Origin: Lama glama | Lineage: Eukaryota | Length of the DNA: 64,000 nucleotides | Assembly: GCA_028534125.1 (NCBI GenBank) | Contig: CM052818.1 | Span: 40,798,001 to 40,862,000 of the forward strand | Direction of reading: 5' to 3' | Shown here: in pieces, positions 62,560-64,000 of the stretch | Layout: the number at the start of each line of letters is the position of its first letter | Position numbering within the stretch: position 1 is the stretch's first letter | The notes under the pieces: generated by a model | What the model saw: the letters and a program-made list of their open reading frames with translations, nothing else | Told to the model about the DNA's origin: nothing | The model's database searches: none | Program-made: the position numbers and the translations under genes

Positions 62560-63285
62560 TTCTGTAGCTCACGAGGACAGTTGGGCTGGGGTGGGAGTTT
62601 CAGCTCCCCATGTGGACACTGCAGTGGGGTGGCCTCCACACCTCTCCGGGCAGTGGTACAAGGCCTCTTCTGACACCATCCAAGGGGAAGTGGGAGTAAG
62701 TAGCATCCTGTTACCCCCTGTTGGGGGTGGGCATCTAAGTTCTCTCAGTGGTCTCCAACTGATGCCATAATCATGGCTCCCTACTTGGCCTACACAGCCT
62801 TCTCTGACACTAGCCCACTTGGGATGTTGATATTCCTCTTCCTAGCATCTCCAGGGTGGAGGTCCAGGCTACCACTTGGCCTTTGCTGACACTGGGTAGA
62901 AAGAGGAAGGACTGCAGTTTTTTCAGTGGTATTTGACTAGAGGAGAGTGATTCTTATCTAGTTTTCTGTCTTGTTCGGCTCCCCTTTTCCTGTTGTTTGT
63001 CTAGAGAGAGCAAACTTTTTTAGGCCTTCTTGTTTTTCCCCTGCGCTTGTTGGTGTTTCCCCAGTTGCTGGCTTCTCCAAGTCTGGGATAGTTGAAGCAA
63101 AACAAAACTCAGGGAACCACCATGGTGTCATTCCTGGGTTTGTGAAGTCCCTAGCCAATCTACTTCCTTCTCTTTCAGAGTCATCTTTATGCTTGTTTTA
63201 CAGTATGTATGATTTTCATGGTTTTTAGTTTTAATAAGCAGGAGGAATAAGGAAAAGTACATCTATTCTATCTTCTTAGAAATCT
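62560..63285 (-). mobile_element. Old interspersed repeat, probably an L1M-type 5' end
   Basis: 'ctagagagagcaaactttt...aaaactcagggaac...tctttcagagtcatcttt...ggaggaataaggaaaagtacatctattctatcttc' resembles the L1MC 5' end. Family call is from memory. Confidence 0.5.
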
Positions 63286-64000
63286 TTGTGTGCTTTTTTA
63301 GCTTGCACTTTGGGTAAAGAATTATAGACTGAACTCTGGCCCCACTGCTTATCTTTTATATTTGGTTGTATAAAAATATATGAGTAAGCATTAAAATATT
63401 CTCATTAAAGAAAAACTAGATTTGATAAACTCAAATAATTACTTTGGGGAGGAAAAATTTAAATTTAAATAGAGTTCACATGAAAGGAGTCATGACGATA
63501 GACGAGGATTTTACAAAATAAGGTAATATCGTGTAGTAAGTTTGAGACTTTAAATTGTCGATGTTTTGGAAAATAAAATTACATCAAAAATGTTCTAGGA
63601 AGGTACAGTGAACCAGTAAAAACCAGTATACAAGAAAGAAATTGAGATGATTTTGTAAAATTAAAATAGTCTCTGTTATCTAATAGCTTTAAGCTTTGTT
63701 CTTTCTCACTTTAAAAAATCATTTAAATGTCATTCATGCCGTGGTAGTCATTTCACAGCATTAAAAAGATGGGGAAACTACCCAGTTTACTTAGTGAAGC
63801 ATGCATTGTCATAATAAAACCTGACAAAGGTAGTTGCCCAAAACAGTTCCAACAAAATATGTATAGATTTTTTTATATTTCTTTAAAATTGGTCCTGTCA
63901 GTATAAGTTTGGAAAGCAGTGGATAAAACTTAAACACCATATGAAGTCTCTTTCTCCCTGCCCTCCTTCTCTCTTGCATTCCTTCTCTAGAGTCCCTGTT

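Noticed and set aside
63950..64000. Pyrimidine tract plus AG at 63989-63990 as the SMC6 first coding exon acceptor
   Set aside because: Only 10 nt follow and they contain no ATG; cannot be evaluated at the window edge.
1..64000. CRISPR array, operon or prokaryote-type defence system
   Set aside because: The sequence is mammalian, with spliceosomal introns and no regularly spaced repeat-spacer array.

Overview
Mammalian genomic DNA, most likely camelid (a Vic-1-like tRNA SINE and matching young L1 3' ends). The gene order is the conserved MSGN1-GEN1-SMC6 block. It contains: (i) the complete single-exon MSGN1 bHLH gene (minus strand, 193 aa); (ii) the complete GEN1 Holliday-junction resolvase gene (minus strand, 13 coding exons hand-assembled into 2715 nt = 904 aa + stop, all GT-AG, catalytic acidic residues intact); (iii) a CpG-island bidirectional promoter at ~56.4-57.9 kb, whose plus-strand partner is inferred from synteny to be SMC6 (no SMC6 coding sequence is in the window). 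The rest is intronic or intergenic DNA with L1, L2, MIR, hAT/Tigger DNA-transposon fossils, a solo LTR, microsatellites and two assembly gaps. I cannot support a wholly new biological system here. The best leads are modest: a Cys/His cluster in GEN1 encoded by an in-frame-skippable exon pair with atypical AAG acceptors, a duplicated LPLxxR motif in the GEN1 tail, a possible overlapping uORF in the GEN1 leader, T-box motif clusters upstream of MSGN1, and CTCF-like motifs between MSGN1 and GEN1. Repeat family names and boundaries were assigned by eye and are approximate.
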